From assembly GCA_963713145.1 (NCBI GenBank), contig CAVQKI010000001.1, positions 26,479-90,478 of the forward strand: DNA of 64,000 nucleotides, read 5' to 3'. The notes beneath the pieces are model-generated. The model saw only the letters and a list, made by a program, of their open reading frames with translations, ran no database searches and had not been told where the DNA came from. Below are positions 26,995 to 35,814 of this stretch, in pieces (position 1 is the stretch's first letter; the number at the start of each line of letters is the position of its first letter). The DNA is from an uncultured Thermoplasmata archaeon. GTDB taxonomy: Archaea > Thermoplasmatota > Thermoplasmata > Lutacidiplasmatales > UBA184. Made by a program: the position numbers and the translations under genes.

Positions 26995-28370
26995 CCCGTC
27001 CCCTTGGCCGGCACGGCGGGCGGGCGCCAAACGGACATCGCGACCAGACCGACATCCGTTATTCCGGGACGCATCGCGAGCGGTCGGGTCTCGTCCGGTG
27101 TAGGGGTCGCCTCGGCGTCCGAGGGGGCTCCCACGACCCATCCACCGGGATCGCCCGGGTCGTCGGGGTCGTTCGGCAGTCGCAGCGGCCCGGCGGTGCG
27201 CAGGAGGCTGACGCTCAGTTCGCGCCGGCGGAGACCGGCGCGAGCCCGCTGGAGGAACTCCCAGCAGGACAGGGTGTCATCGACGCCCTCGGGAAGGTCG
27301 AGGGTCGTCATCGCGAATGTCGCGTAGCCCTTCGTGCGCCCGGGCGGGGCCGACCGCCCTTCCGCGAGGAACGTTTCGGTCCGTGCGAGCAGATGGTCGG
27401 CCGCCGCGTCGGGTGGCTCCCGCATCTCGAGCGAGGCCAGTCGGGAGGTCCACCCCTTGTCGAAGGCGACGTCCGCAGCGCCCCGGAGGGCGTCGGCCGG
27501 GCCCGTGACCAGCACCGGCCGACGCAGGGTGGGCGGGAGCGGTGCCGACGGCGCACCGGCCCGAAGCGCCTCGACCGCTGTGGCCGGAAGGCGGCCCGCG
27601 AGGCCGAGCCGTTCGATCACAGCCCGCGCCTCCGCCCGTTCGTTCGGAGCGATCGGGGTGAACGGCCCTCCTCCCAAGAGCGCGGGGCCGTCCCCGCGGT
27701 CGACCATCAGCACCTCGATGTCGGCCGCCGTGGACGCCGGGAGCAGCCGGCCTCCGACTCCACCCGAGCCCAGCACCCTCGCGAGCAGCATCACCTCGGT
27801 GCCGGTGGCGCCGAGTCCGTGTGCCTCTTCCAGGAAGCGGGAGAATTCGGCGGCGGTGACGCCTGGCGGCGGCAGCAGGAGTCCTCGGAGCGCCCCCGGA
27901 GAAAGGAGAACGAGGAGCAGGTCGGACGCGCGGAGTCCGGCGGCGATCTCCCGCGCCGCCCCGACGACCGCGCTCGCCCCTTCCGCGCCGCCCCATCCCG
28001 CGGGGAGCTCCGCGACCTGGAACGGGACGTTAGGGGCACCGGGCTCGGGACCCGCGAGGTATCCCTGGGTCAGGCGGTCCCCGAACACGCCGAGCGCCGC
28101 GAGCGCCATCGAGTTCGCCGCGTGGCCCACGGCGACGAACGCGACCTCCCGGTACCGGCCGTCCGCCACGAACCGGTTCCCGACGCGCAGGATGCCGCGC
28201 TCCCGGCGCAGGGCGATGCGGAGGAACCGGTACGCGTCGGCACCGGCAACGGCCGCCCGGTAGCAGATCGCGTGGAGCGCGTCCGGCCCGACCGGGTCGG
28301 GAGTCGTGGCCTGGGCCGTTTCCCACGGCAGCCGAGCGCTCACGCCGGCCGGACCGGGGAGAGGGGTCAA
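26991..28370 (-). CDS. MOFRL/DUF4147-family protein (glycerate 2-kinase / hydroxypyruvate reductase-like)
   Basis: 459 aa with N-terminal ...VAFVAVGHAANSMA and a C-terminal MOFRL-like region. It lies directly downstream of the flavoprotein pair. Confidence 0.7.
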   Translation of the reverse strand: MTPLPGPAGVSARLPWETAQATTPDPVGPDALHAICYRAAVAGADAYRFLRIALRRERGILRVGNRFVADGRYREVAFVAVGHAANSMALAALGVFGDRLTQGYLAGPEPGAPNVPFQVAELPAGWGGAEGASAVVGAAREIAAGLRASDLLLVLLSPGALRGLLLPPPGVTAAEFSRFLEEAHGLGATGTEVMLLARVLGSGGVGGRLLPASTAADIEVLMVDRGDGPALLGGGPFTPIAPNERAEARAVIERLGLAGRLPATAVEALRAGAPSAPLPPTLRRPVLVTGPADALRGAADVAFDKGWTSRLASLEMREPPDAAADHLLARTETFLAEGRSAPPGRTKGYATFAMTTLDLPEGVDDTLSCWEFLQRARAGLRRRELSVSLLRTAGPLRLPNDPDDPGDPGGWVVGAPSDAEATPTPDETRPLAMRPGITDVGLVAMSVWRPPAVPAKGTG

Positions 28371-28395
28371 TACGGTGGCGGCCGCGACGGCGCCG

Positions 28396-29562
28396 TCAGC
28401 CCAGCTGCAGCCTCTCCGCGGCCGGGGCTGCCGTGCCCTGGAGGAAGCGCGCGGGAGAGAACTCCATGGGGTCGAGGTCGACCTTCTCCCCGAGGACCGA
28501 CGCGGCGACCCTGCGGGTCGCCGCCGGGGCGAGCATCAGACCGTGCCCGCCGAACCCGTTCGCGTGGACGAACCCCGCGAGGCGTGGGTCCTCGCCGATC
28601 ACCGGGAGACCGTCGGGCGTGTCGTCGTAGTAGCCGGTCCATGCACGGAGGACGTTGAGCCTCGCGAGCCGGGGGATCAGGCCGACCATCGCCCGCGCCA
28701 TACCTGTGAGGAACCGCGGCGAGCTCGGCACACCTCGGGCGGTTCCCGGCGCGTGCGGGACCGTGAGGCCGCCGACGAGCTCCCCGCGCATCGTCTGACT
28801 GAAGTAGAGCCCGTCCGAGGTCCGGACGACCATCGGGTCGAGGAACGGTTTCATCGGTTCCGTCGCGAGGATCTCGTGGCGAGAGGCGACGTTGGGCGTG
28901 GAGAGGCCGGCCCGCTGGGAGAACTCGGAGGACCATCCGCCCGCGGCGTTCACGACGGAGGAAGCCCGCACGGTCCCCTCGGAGGTGACGACCCCCTCCA
29001 CTCGCCCGTCGCGCGCGATCACGCCGAGGGCGTCCACTCCCAGCGCGACCTCGACCCCGAGCGACCGGGCCGTCTCGTAGACTCCCCAGACCGCCGGGAA
29101 CGGGTACAGCGTCCCATCGCTCCTCAGATACACCCCTCCGACCGCCGACCCGGGCGCGATCCCGTCGACCCGTCGGGCGACCTCCTCCGGCGTGAGAAGT
29201 TGGGACGGCAGCCCTTCGGATCGGACGATCTCGTGGACCCGCCGGAGCCGGCCGAGCTCGGTGTCGTTCTCGGCAAGGAACAGGTAGCCTCCCTGGCGGA
29301 ACCAGATGTTGTATCCGAACTCGAGGCCGAACCGCCGCCAGTCGGAGACCGCCTCGCGCGCAAGGCGGATCGTCGACCGGGTCTCCCACTGCTGGCGAAC
29401 GCCCCCGCCGTTCCGGCCGGAGCCGCCGCTGGAAAGGAACCCCCGGTCGACCACGAGGATCGGACCGGCTCCGGCCCGCGCGAGGCGGACCGCGGTGAAC
29501 AGCCCGACGATACCGGCGCCGACGACGACGGTGCGGTACGAGTCGGCCCGGAGCGCCGTCAC
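28396..29562 (-). CDS. FAD-dependent oxidoreductase, beta-type subunit (SoxB/HcnC/OoxB/archaeal PDH-beta family)
   Basis: GTG at 29562 overlaps the stop of the upstream gene (GTGA). Rossmann motif YRTVVVGAGIVGLFTAVRLARAG. C-terminus HANGFGGHGLMLAPA. Confidence 0.8.
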   Translation of the reverse strand: MTALRADSYRTVVVGAGIVGLFTAVRLARAGAGPILVVDRGFLSSGGSGRNGGGVRQQWETRSTIRLAREAVSDWRRFGLEFGYNIWFRQGGYLFLAENDTELGRLRRVHEIVRSEGLPSQLLTPEEVARRVDGIAPGSAVGGVYLRSDGTLYPFPAVWGVYETARSLGVEVALGVDALGVIARDGRVEGVVTSEGTVRASSVVNAAGGWSSEFSQRAGLSTPNVASRHEILATEPMKPFLDPMVVRTSDGLYFSQTMRGELVGGLTVPHAPGTARGVPSSPRFLTGMARAMVGLIPRLARLNVLRAWTGYYDDTPDGLPVIGEDPRLAGFVHANGFGGHGLMLAPAATRRVAASVLGEKVDLDPMEFSPARFLQGTAAPAAERLQLG

Positions 29563-31224
29563 GCGACCCCTTCGCCCGCGAACTCCTCGTGCGCTGCCGC
29601 GAGAGCGGAGAGCGGCGTGGGCACGAGCGGGGGACGTTGCCGGATATACCCTACTTCGGACGCCGGGCGCCCCTCGAGCTGGGCGAGGAGGAGTAGCGCG
29701 TCGGGGAGGCAGTAGCGGCCCTGGCAGAGCCCGGTGCCGACTCCTGTGTAGCGCTTCACCACCTCGATCCCGCGGAACCCGGCCCTGGATGCATCCTCGA
29801 TGTCCTCTAGGAGGACGTCCTCGCACGGGCAGACGACCCACTTTCCGGTTCGCTGCTCTTTCAGTAGTTCCCGGTAGGTACTCTCGAAGATCCGCGGAGA
29901 CGTCCGGGGCCGCGGCTACGGTCGGGGTCGTCTCCGCCCCGGCGCCCGCGGCGGACGCAGCCGCGCGTTCCCCGCTCGTCCGGCGGTCGTCGGCGGCGAA
30001 CCCAGCCACGGTCCCTGCCACGTAGAGCCCGGGGACCGTCGTCCCTCCGGACGCGTCGACCACCGGGAAATAGCTTCCCGGGTCGGGTCGCCAGACCATT
30101 CGTGCGTCGGCTTGGAAGAGCAGCTGCGCGTTCGGAAGGCGACGGTGGGCAAGGACTACCGTGTCGCATGCCAAGGAGAATCGTGTGTCCTGACCTCGGG
30201 TCCTGAGGTCGAGGGTCCGGACGCGCGAGCGGCCCACCGCTCGGACGACCAGGGAACGCGGGTAGAGCGGGATCGAGAGCTCGGACGCACGTCGGACGAC
30301 GTCGGGAGAGATCTCGCCAGGGGCGACGACCCCGGTCACCGAGGACCCGATCCGGTCGAGAACCTCGCTGACCCTCCGACCGCCTCCGACAACGACCGCC
30401 CGCCGGATCGGGAGGCTCCCACCGCGCGGCGCCATGCGGCTGAGAAGGTCGGCGACCATCACGCCGGGTCGGTCGCTTCCCTCGAAGAGGAGGGGGCCGT
30501 CGTACCCTCCCGTCGCGAGGACGACCGCCTTCGCACGGATAGAGACCCCTCGGTCCGGCTCCTCGAAACCGAGCAGGACGAACGGCCGCGGCGCCGTCGG
30601 GCGGGGAGGCGGGAGGAACGTGATGGTGGTCCGGGGAGCAAGGTCGGCGCCCGGGACGTCGGCGACCTCCAGCGCCCGGTCGACGACGAGGGGACGGATC
30701 CCGCGCCGGACGAGCGCCTCCGCGGCGGCCCGGCCGGAGGTGCCAGCGCCGACGATCACGATGTCCGCTTCCCAGCGGCGCACGTTCGCGCTCGGCGCTC
30801 CGTCCGGGACCGGATCCGGCACCGCCCCGTACCCGGCGAGCCGGCGAACCACCCGTTGGTAGGCGCGGGTCGCCCAGGCCGGCCGTCGGAACCCCCGCAG
30901 GGTGTCGAGGCTCCGCGGGAACACGACATCGATCGCTCCGAGGACGTCCCACCGCGGGCTCGGCCAGGCGTTCTCGGTCTCCACCCGGTCCCCTTCCTCC
31001 ACGACGTGGCGGCAGGCCCGAACGTTCGGGCGACCGTTCACCCGCACGAGGCAGCCCGTGCAGTGGCCGAGTCCGCAGAAGGGGCCACGGGGTCGATGAT
31101 CGCGTACCGAGCGAACGACGCTGGGGAGGTCCTGTCCGGCGAGCGCGGCCAGCAGAGTGTCGCCGGAGGCGGCGGTCCGCTCTCCGCCACGGAAGCGAAA
31201 CCGTCGGGTAGCTGGATCGGCCAT
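29559..31224 (-). CDS. fused [2Fe-2S] / FAD-NAD(P) oxidoreductase / BFD-like [2Fe-2S] alpha-type subunit; frame change near 29890
   Basis: N-terminus CGLGHCTGCLVRVNGRPNVRAC. Dinucleotide folds IVIVGAGTSGRAAA and AVVVGGGRR. After the shift: WVVCPCEDV...VKRYTGVGTGLCQGRYC (BFD-like), ending at 29559. Confidence 0.7.
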
Positions 31225-31241
31225 CGAGCGAGAGGCCGAGA

Positions 31242-31286
31242 CCGTCTCCGGGTCTATTTACGCTCCCGCCCGGACGAAGGAGACGG
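31242..31286. promoter_or_regulatory. 8-bp inverted repeat (CCGTCTCC ... GGAGACGG) bracketing a TATA-like TCTATTTACG
   Basis: The arms are at 31242-31249 and 31279-31286, in the divergent intergenic region between the flavoprotein operon (-) and the PhoU-like gene (+). Confidence 0.35.
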
Positions 31287-31325
31287 AGGGACCCCGCACC
31301 CGCGGGCGCCGCTTCGCGACCGAGG

Positions 31326-31333
31326 CTATATAG
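31326..31333 (+). promoter_or_regulatory. TATA box of the PhoU-like gene
   Basis: CTATATAG lies about 30 nt upstream of ATG 31363, implying a short leader or a leaderless transcript. Confidence 0.45.
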
Positions 31334-31362
31334 AGACCGGAGGGTCCCGCCCCGTACGTAGC

Positions 31363-32442
31363 ATGCGGAGCAGCGGGGGCTTCCACGGACGCCGGATCCA
31401 GAAGACCGGCGGTTCGACGTTCATCATCTCGCTCCCGAAGAACTGGGTCCTCGCCCGGGGCCTGGGTGCGGGGGATGTGCTGTTCTTCACGCCGCGCGCG
31501 GACGGGTCGCTCACGGTGTTCGCCGAGTCGACCGCCCCTTCCGAGGCGGAGCGGCGGGTCGTGGAGGTGTCGAACGACGCCGACAAGGACCACCTGTTCC
31601 GGCGGCTGATCGCGGAGTACATCGCCGGGTACCCGCTCCTCGAGGTCCGGACCCGCGGACGCATGAGCGCGCGCACCCGCGAGGTGATCCGAAACTTCGC
31701 GCAGCGGATGATCGGCCCCGAGATCCTCGAGGAGACCGCCGAGTCCGTGATCCTTCAGGACGTCGTTGGGCAGAACCCGCTTCCGATACCCTCCATCATC
31801 CGCCGTATGCACCAGATGGTCCGCGCGATGCACACGGACGCGATGGCCGCCCTCCGCGCCCGCGACCTCGCGATCGCGCGGGACGTCGAGGAGCGCGACT
31901 GGGAGGTCGACCGCCTCCACTGGTTCCTCGAAAAACAGGTGACGAGCGCGCTCCGCGACGCCCGCATCCTCGCGACCCTCGACCTCACGCTCCCGGAATG
32001 CTCCACCTACCTGCTCGCCTCCCGCATCCTCGAGCGAATCGCCGACCACGCCGTGCGGATCGCCGGGGCGGTCACGATCCTCGGCAAGGAACCGCTGCCC
32101 GAGAAGATCGTCGTGGACCTCGAGCGGATGGCGACCGAGGCCGCCAGCGGACTCGTGGACGCACTCGACAGCCTCGACTCCCGGAACATCGAGAAGGCAA
32201 ACGCGGTGATCGACGCGGCCCACGAGCTCACCCGCCAGCGAGACCACGTCCTCCACGAGCTGACGCTCAAGCGGGGCCGGCTCGCGGTCGGCCTTGCCTA
32301 CGTTCTCGAGAGCCTGGAACGCTCTGCGTTCTACGCGAGCGACCTCGCCGAGATCGCCATCAACCGGGCCGTGGAGACCCCGTCGCGAATCGAGGATCTC
32401 TCGGTCCGCGTTCCCGCGGCCGTGGCGCCCGCCCGCCCCTGA
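31363..32442 (+). CDS. AbrB/SpoVT-domain plus PhoU-domain phosphate uptake regulator (archaeal type)
   Basis: ATG at 31363 inside ORF 30112..32442. RRIQKTGGSTFIISLPKNWVLARGL is the AbrB-like swapped hairpin. It is followed by two PhoU-like helical repeats (ERDWEVDRLHWFL..., ILERIADHAVRIA). Confidence 0.8.
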   Translation: MRSSGGFHGRRIQKTGGSTFIISLPKNWVLARGLGAGDVLFFTPRADGSLTVFAESTAPSEAERRVVEVSNDADKDHLFRRLIAEYIAGYPLLEVRTRGRMSARTREVIRNFAQRMIGPEILEETAESVILQDVVGQNPLPIPSIIRRMHQMVRAMHTDAMAALRARDLAIARDVEERDWEVDRLHWFLEKQVTSALRDARILATLDLTLPECSTYLLASRILERIADHAVRIAGAVTILGKEPLPEKIVVDLERMATEAASGLVDALDSLDSRNIEKANAVIDAAHELTRQRDHVLHELTLKRGRLAVGLAYVLESLERSAFYASDLAEIAINRAVETPSRIEDLSVRVPAAVAPARP

Positions 32443-32467
32443 ACGAGATGGCGCCGCGCCGTGCGTC

Positions 32468-33613
32468 CTAGCCCGGGCGCCCGACGATGGCGTCGAGGAG
32501 CCCGCGTACGTCGTCGGCGTTGGGGACCCGGGGGTTCGCGAGCGCGGCGGGGGAGCGGAGGACGTTCGTCACGATCCGGTCCCGGTCCGTGCGGATCCGC
32601 TCCGCCGGGATCCCAGCGGCGACCAGGGTGGCAGGAACGCCGAGCCCGTCGTACACGCGCCGGAGCCGCACGGCGAACGGCGGTCGAGTGCTGTCGTCGG
32701 GAGGGGCCGTGGCCGCGGCCAGCGCCTCGAGCCGCTCGCGGGCCGCGGGGCGGTCGAACTCGAGGACGGGCGGGAGCACGATCCCGAGGAGCCGGCCGTA
32801 GGGCAGCGCCGTCGGTCGTACGAGCGCTCGGGCCAGCGCGTGGGCGAGCCCCCGTTGCGCGTTCGAGGCCGCGAGCCCCGCCGACGTAGCGGCGTAGTGG
32901 AGAAGGCTCCGGGCGTCGGGGTTGTCGCTCCATCGAACGGCGTGGGGCAGCCGGTGCACGATCGTCGACACGGCGTGGACGGCCAGGGCGTCCGAGAACG
33001 GGTTCGCCCAGGCGGAGAGAAACGCTTCCGTGGCGAGCGCCGCGGCCTCGAGGGCACCGGACACGACCTCCGTCGGCGGGAGCGAGAGGGCGAACGTAGG
33101 ATCGACCAGAGCCCAGTGGGGTACCAGCGCCCGGTCCGCGAGCTCGACCGGATCACCAGCGCTCGAAAAGAGGTCTGCCGTCCAGCTGACCTCGGCACCG
33201 CTCCCGCTCGTGGTCGGAATCGCGGCGAGTCGGCAACGGGGCGCCTCCGGTAGGCCGAGCACCGCCGGGGGCGCCTGAAGGTCGAGGTCCGGCCGCTCGC
33301 AGGTGGCCCGCGCGGCCTTCGCGAGGTCGATCGTCCTCCCTCCCCCGATCGCGACGATCCAGTCGGGGTCGAACCTCCGGATCCGGTCCCGAAGCCCGAT
33401 GGCCGACGCGATCTCGTCGGGGTCCTTCGCCTCCGATGCGACCTCGACGACGGTCTCGGATTTCCCGAGCTCCTCGAGCACCCTGCGGTGGCCGTCCTGC
33501 CGCCCTACGACGGGGTCGACCAGGACGAACGCCCGCCGGGAGCCCAGCGAGCTCAGCTGCTCGACCGCACCGGGCCCCCAGGCAATCGAGGGCGAGGTGA
33601 AGAACGCCGTCAT
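32468..33613 (-). CDS. iron-containing (group III) alcohol dehydrogenase
   Basis: Starts at MTAFFTSPSIAWGPGA (ATG 33613). Carries AIGGGRTIDLAKA and His-rich metal-site regions. 381 aa. Confidence 0.85.
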   Translation of the reverse strand: MTAFFTSPSIAWGPGAVEQLSSLGSRRAFVLVDPVVGRQDGHRRVLEELGKSETVVEVASEAKDPDEIASAIGLRDRIRRFDPDWIVAIGGGRTIDLAKAARATCERPDLDLQAPPAVLGLPEAPRCRLAAIPTTSGSGAEVSWTADLFSSAGDPVELADRALVPHWALVDPTFALSLPPTEVVSGALEAAALATEAFLSAWANPFSDALAVHAVSTIVHRLPHAVRWSDNPDARSLLHYAATSAGLAASNAQRGLAHALARALVRPTALPYGRLLGIVLPPVLEFDRPAARERLEALAAATAPPDDSTRPPFAVRLRRVYDGLGVPATLVAAGIPAERIRTDRDRIVTNVLRSPAALANPRVPNADDVRGLLDAIVGRPG

Positions 33614-33626
33614 TCCTCTCGCACGC

Positions 33627-33836
33627 TCACGGGGCGTCGGGGCCCTCTCGACAGCGCCGGCACGCCCCGGTGAGCGAGAAGGCGATCCGGTCGACGCTCC
33701 AGCCCTCCGGACGGAGGGCGGCGAGCTCGGTAAGGAGGTGTCGATCGAGCTCCGTGAGCTCGACCGGCTGGATCCGTCCGCAAACGCGGCAGACGATGTG
33801 GGAGTGCGGGTCCTCGGGATCGATCGGCTCGACCAC
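33627..33836 (-). CDS. Fur-family C-terminal (metal-binding/dimerisation) domain protein with no recognisable DNA-binding domain
   Basis: 69 aa: DPHSHIVCRVCGRIQPV...LTGACRRCREG (HxHxxCxxC ... CxxC). It lies immediately upstream of the ADH gene. Confidence 0.5.
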   Translation of the reverse strand: MVEPIDPEDPHSHIVCRVCGRIQPVELTELDRHLLTELAALRPEGWSVDRIAFSLTGACRRCREGPDAP

Positions 33837-33849
33837 TCGCGGTCGGGGC

Positions 33850-33859
33850 GGGGGGGGGG
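33850..33859. repeat. G10 homopolymer (C10 on the coding strand)
   Basis: A run of ten G at 33850-33859 lies between a TATA-like box (about 33955-33965 on the minus strand, GTAAATAG) plus ATG (about 33925) and the Fur-like ORF. Confidence 0.8.
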
Positions 33860-34093
33860 CCGCGGGAGAGTGGGTCGATCGGACCGCACGTCGGGCGGGA
33901 GGACGGGGCGCCGGTCGTCTGCGCGGGCGCCATCGGCGCCGTCGACCCCACCCCGCTATTTACGTTGGGCGAGCGCGGGTCCCTGACGGACACGATCCGG
34001 GGCCCGGGCACCGCGGTCGGATCCCCGGAGGCGGGGCCAGCCGGGCACCCGCCGCAGGCCCTGCCACCGGGGGAAGAGCTCTCGAACGCGCGG

Positions 34094-35714
34094 TCAGCCC
34101 TGGAACGGGCGCCGCCAGTCGGCGGGCAGCACTGCGCTCTCCTTGATGTTGCGGGGCGTCACCCATCGGAGCATGTTGAGGATCGACCCGGCCTTGTCGT
34201 TGGTCCCGGAGCGTCGTGCGCCACCGAACGGCTGGCGCCCGACGATCGCCCCGGTCGGCTTGTCGTTGATGTAGAAGTTCCCCGCGCTCCAGCGCAGCGC
34301 CGCCTCGGCCTTTGCGACCGCGGCCGTGTCGCGCCCGAAGACGGCTCCCGTCAGGGCGTAGGGGGACGTCGTGTCGCAGAGCGCGAGCGTCTCCTCGAAC
34401 TTCTCGTCCGGATACACGTAGAGCGTGAGCACGGGGCCGAAGATCTCCTCCGACATCAACTTCCCCTTCGGGTCCGTCGTGCGGATCACGGAAGGGCGGA
34501 CGAACCAGCCCTTCGGTACGGTCGGTCCCTCCGTCGACCACGAACGAGTACACCTTCGGGTGGGCCCGCGCATAAGCGAGGTAGCGCTCGATGTTCGTGA
34601 ACGCCGGTTCGTCGATCACCGCACCCATCAGGTTCTTGAGGTCGGACACCGGGCCGACGGGGACCTTGGGGACCTCATCCTTCAGGATGCGCTCGATCTC
34701 CGGCCACCGGCTCTCCGGGATGTACGCCCGGGAGCAGGCGGAGCACTTCTGGCCCTGGTATTCGAATGCGCCGCGCAGGAGGTTGATCGCCGTGCCGCGG
34801 GCGTCGGCGGACGGGTGCATGAAGATGAAGTCCTTCCCTCCGGTCTCGCCCACGATCCGCGGGAAGTTCCGGTACGTCTCGAGGTTCGCGCCGACCCGCT
34901 TCCAGACGTGGACGAGGGTCTTGTAGCTCCCCGTGAAGTGGATCCCCGCCAGGTCGGGGTGGTCCAGCAGCACGTTCGCGTCCCTGCTCGAGAACGGGAC
35001 GAAGTTGATGACCCCGGGCGGCAGGCCCGCTTCGACCAGGACCTTGAAGATCTCGTAGTTCGAGAGGATCACCGAGCGCGCCGGCTTCCAGAGGACTACG
35101 TTGCCGACCATCGCGGGAGCGGTCGGCAGGTTCCCGGCGATCGAGTAGAAGTTGAACGGCGGGATGGCGAGGACGAAGCCCTCCAGCGGCCGCCAGTCGA
35201 ACCGGTTGGTCTCCCCCGGGTACTGGTTCGGCTGGATCTCGTAGACCTGGCGCGTGAAGTGCGCGTTGAAGTTCCAGAAGTCCACGAGCTCGGCGAGGTC
35301 GATCTCCGCCTCGTACGGGTTCTTCGAGTGGTTGAGCATGACCGCCGCGGTGTTCCGCGTCCGGCGCGGGCCCGCGAGCAGCGTGGCGGCCTTCACGAAG
35401 ACCGCGACCCGGTGGTACCAGTCCGTCCGGGCCCACGCCTCGTGCGCGGCCAGCGCGCTCTCCACCGCCAGCTTGAGCTCCTTGCGACCCGCGAGATGAG
35501 CCCGGGCGAGGACGACGCCCGTGTCGTCCGGGCAGGGGACCTTGACGACCGTGCCCGTGCGGACCTCTCGACCCCCGATGATGAGCGGGATCTCGAGCGC
35601 GGACTTGCGCATCGCGGCGAGTTCTTCCTCGAGCTTTCGACGATCGGGCGAGCCGGGCGAATCGGACCGGATCGTGTTGACGTCGTTCACCGGCCGTTCG
35701 ATGTTCCAGTTCAT
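34094..35714 (-). CDS. delta-1-pyrroline-5-carboxylate dehydrogenase (ALDH family); frame change near 34515
   Basis: Starts MNWNIERPVN (ATG 35714). Carries VGETGGKDF and the EYQGQKCSACSR catalytic Cys. After the shift, ORF 34094..34573 has KGWFVRPSVI and EEIFGPVL. Confidence 0.8.
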
Positions 35715-35814
35715 GTCCGACGGGAAATCCCGGGCGATGCTAACGGTATCGTCAACTAACCTTGATGCGGAGTTTAAGGCGCCCTCGCTCCCTGAAACGG
35801 GTGAGAGGTCTTCG

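Noticed and set aside
30112-31362. N-terminal 417 codons of the 776-aa ORF 30112..32442
   Set aside because: They are antisense to the flavoprotein alpha gene. The real gene is the AbrB-PhoU regulator, which starts at ATG 31363 behind its own TATA box.
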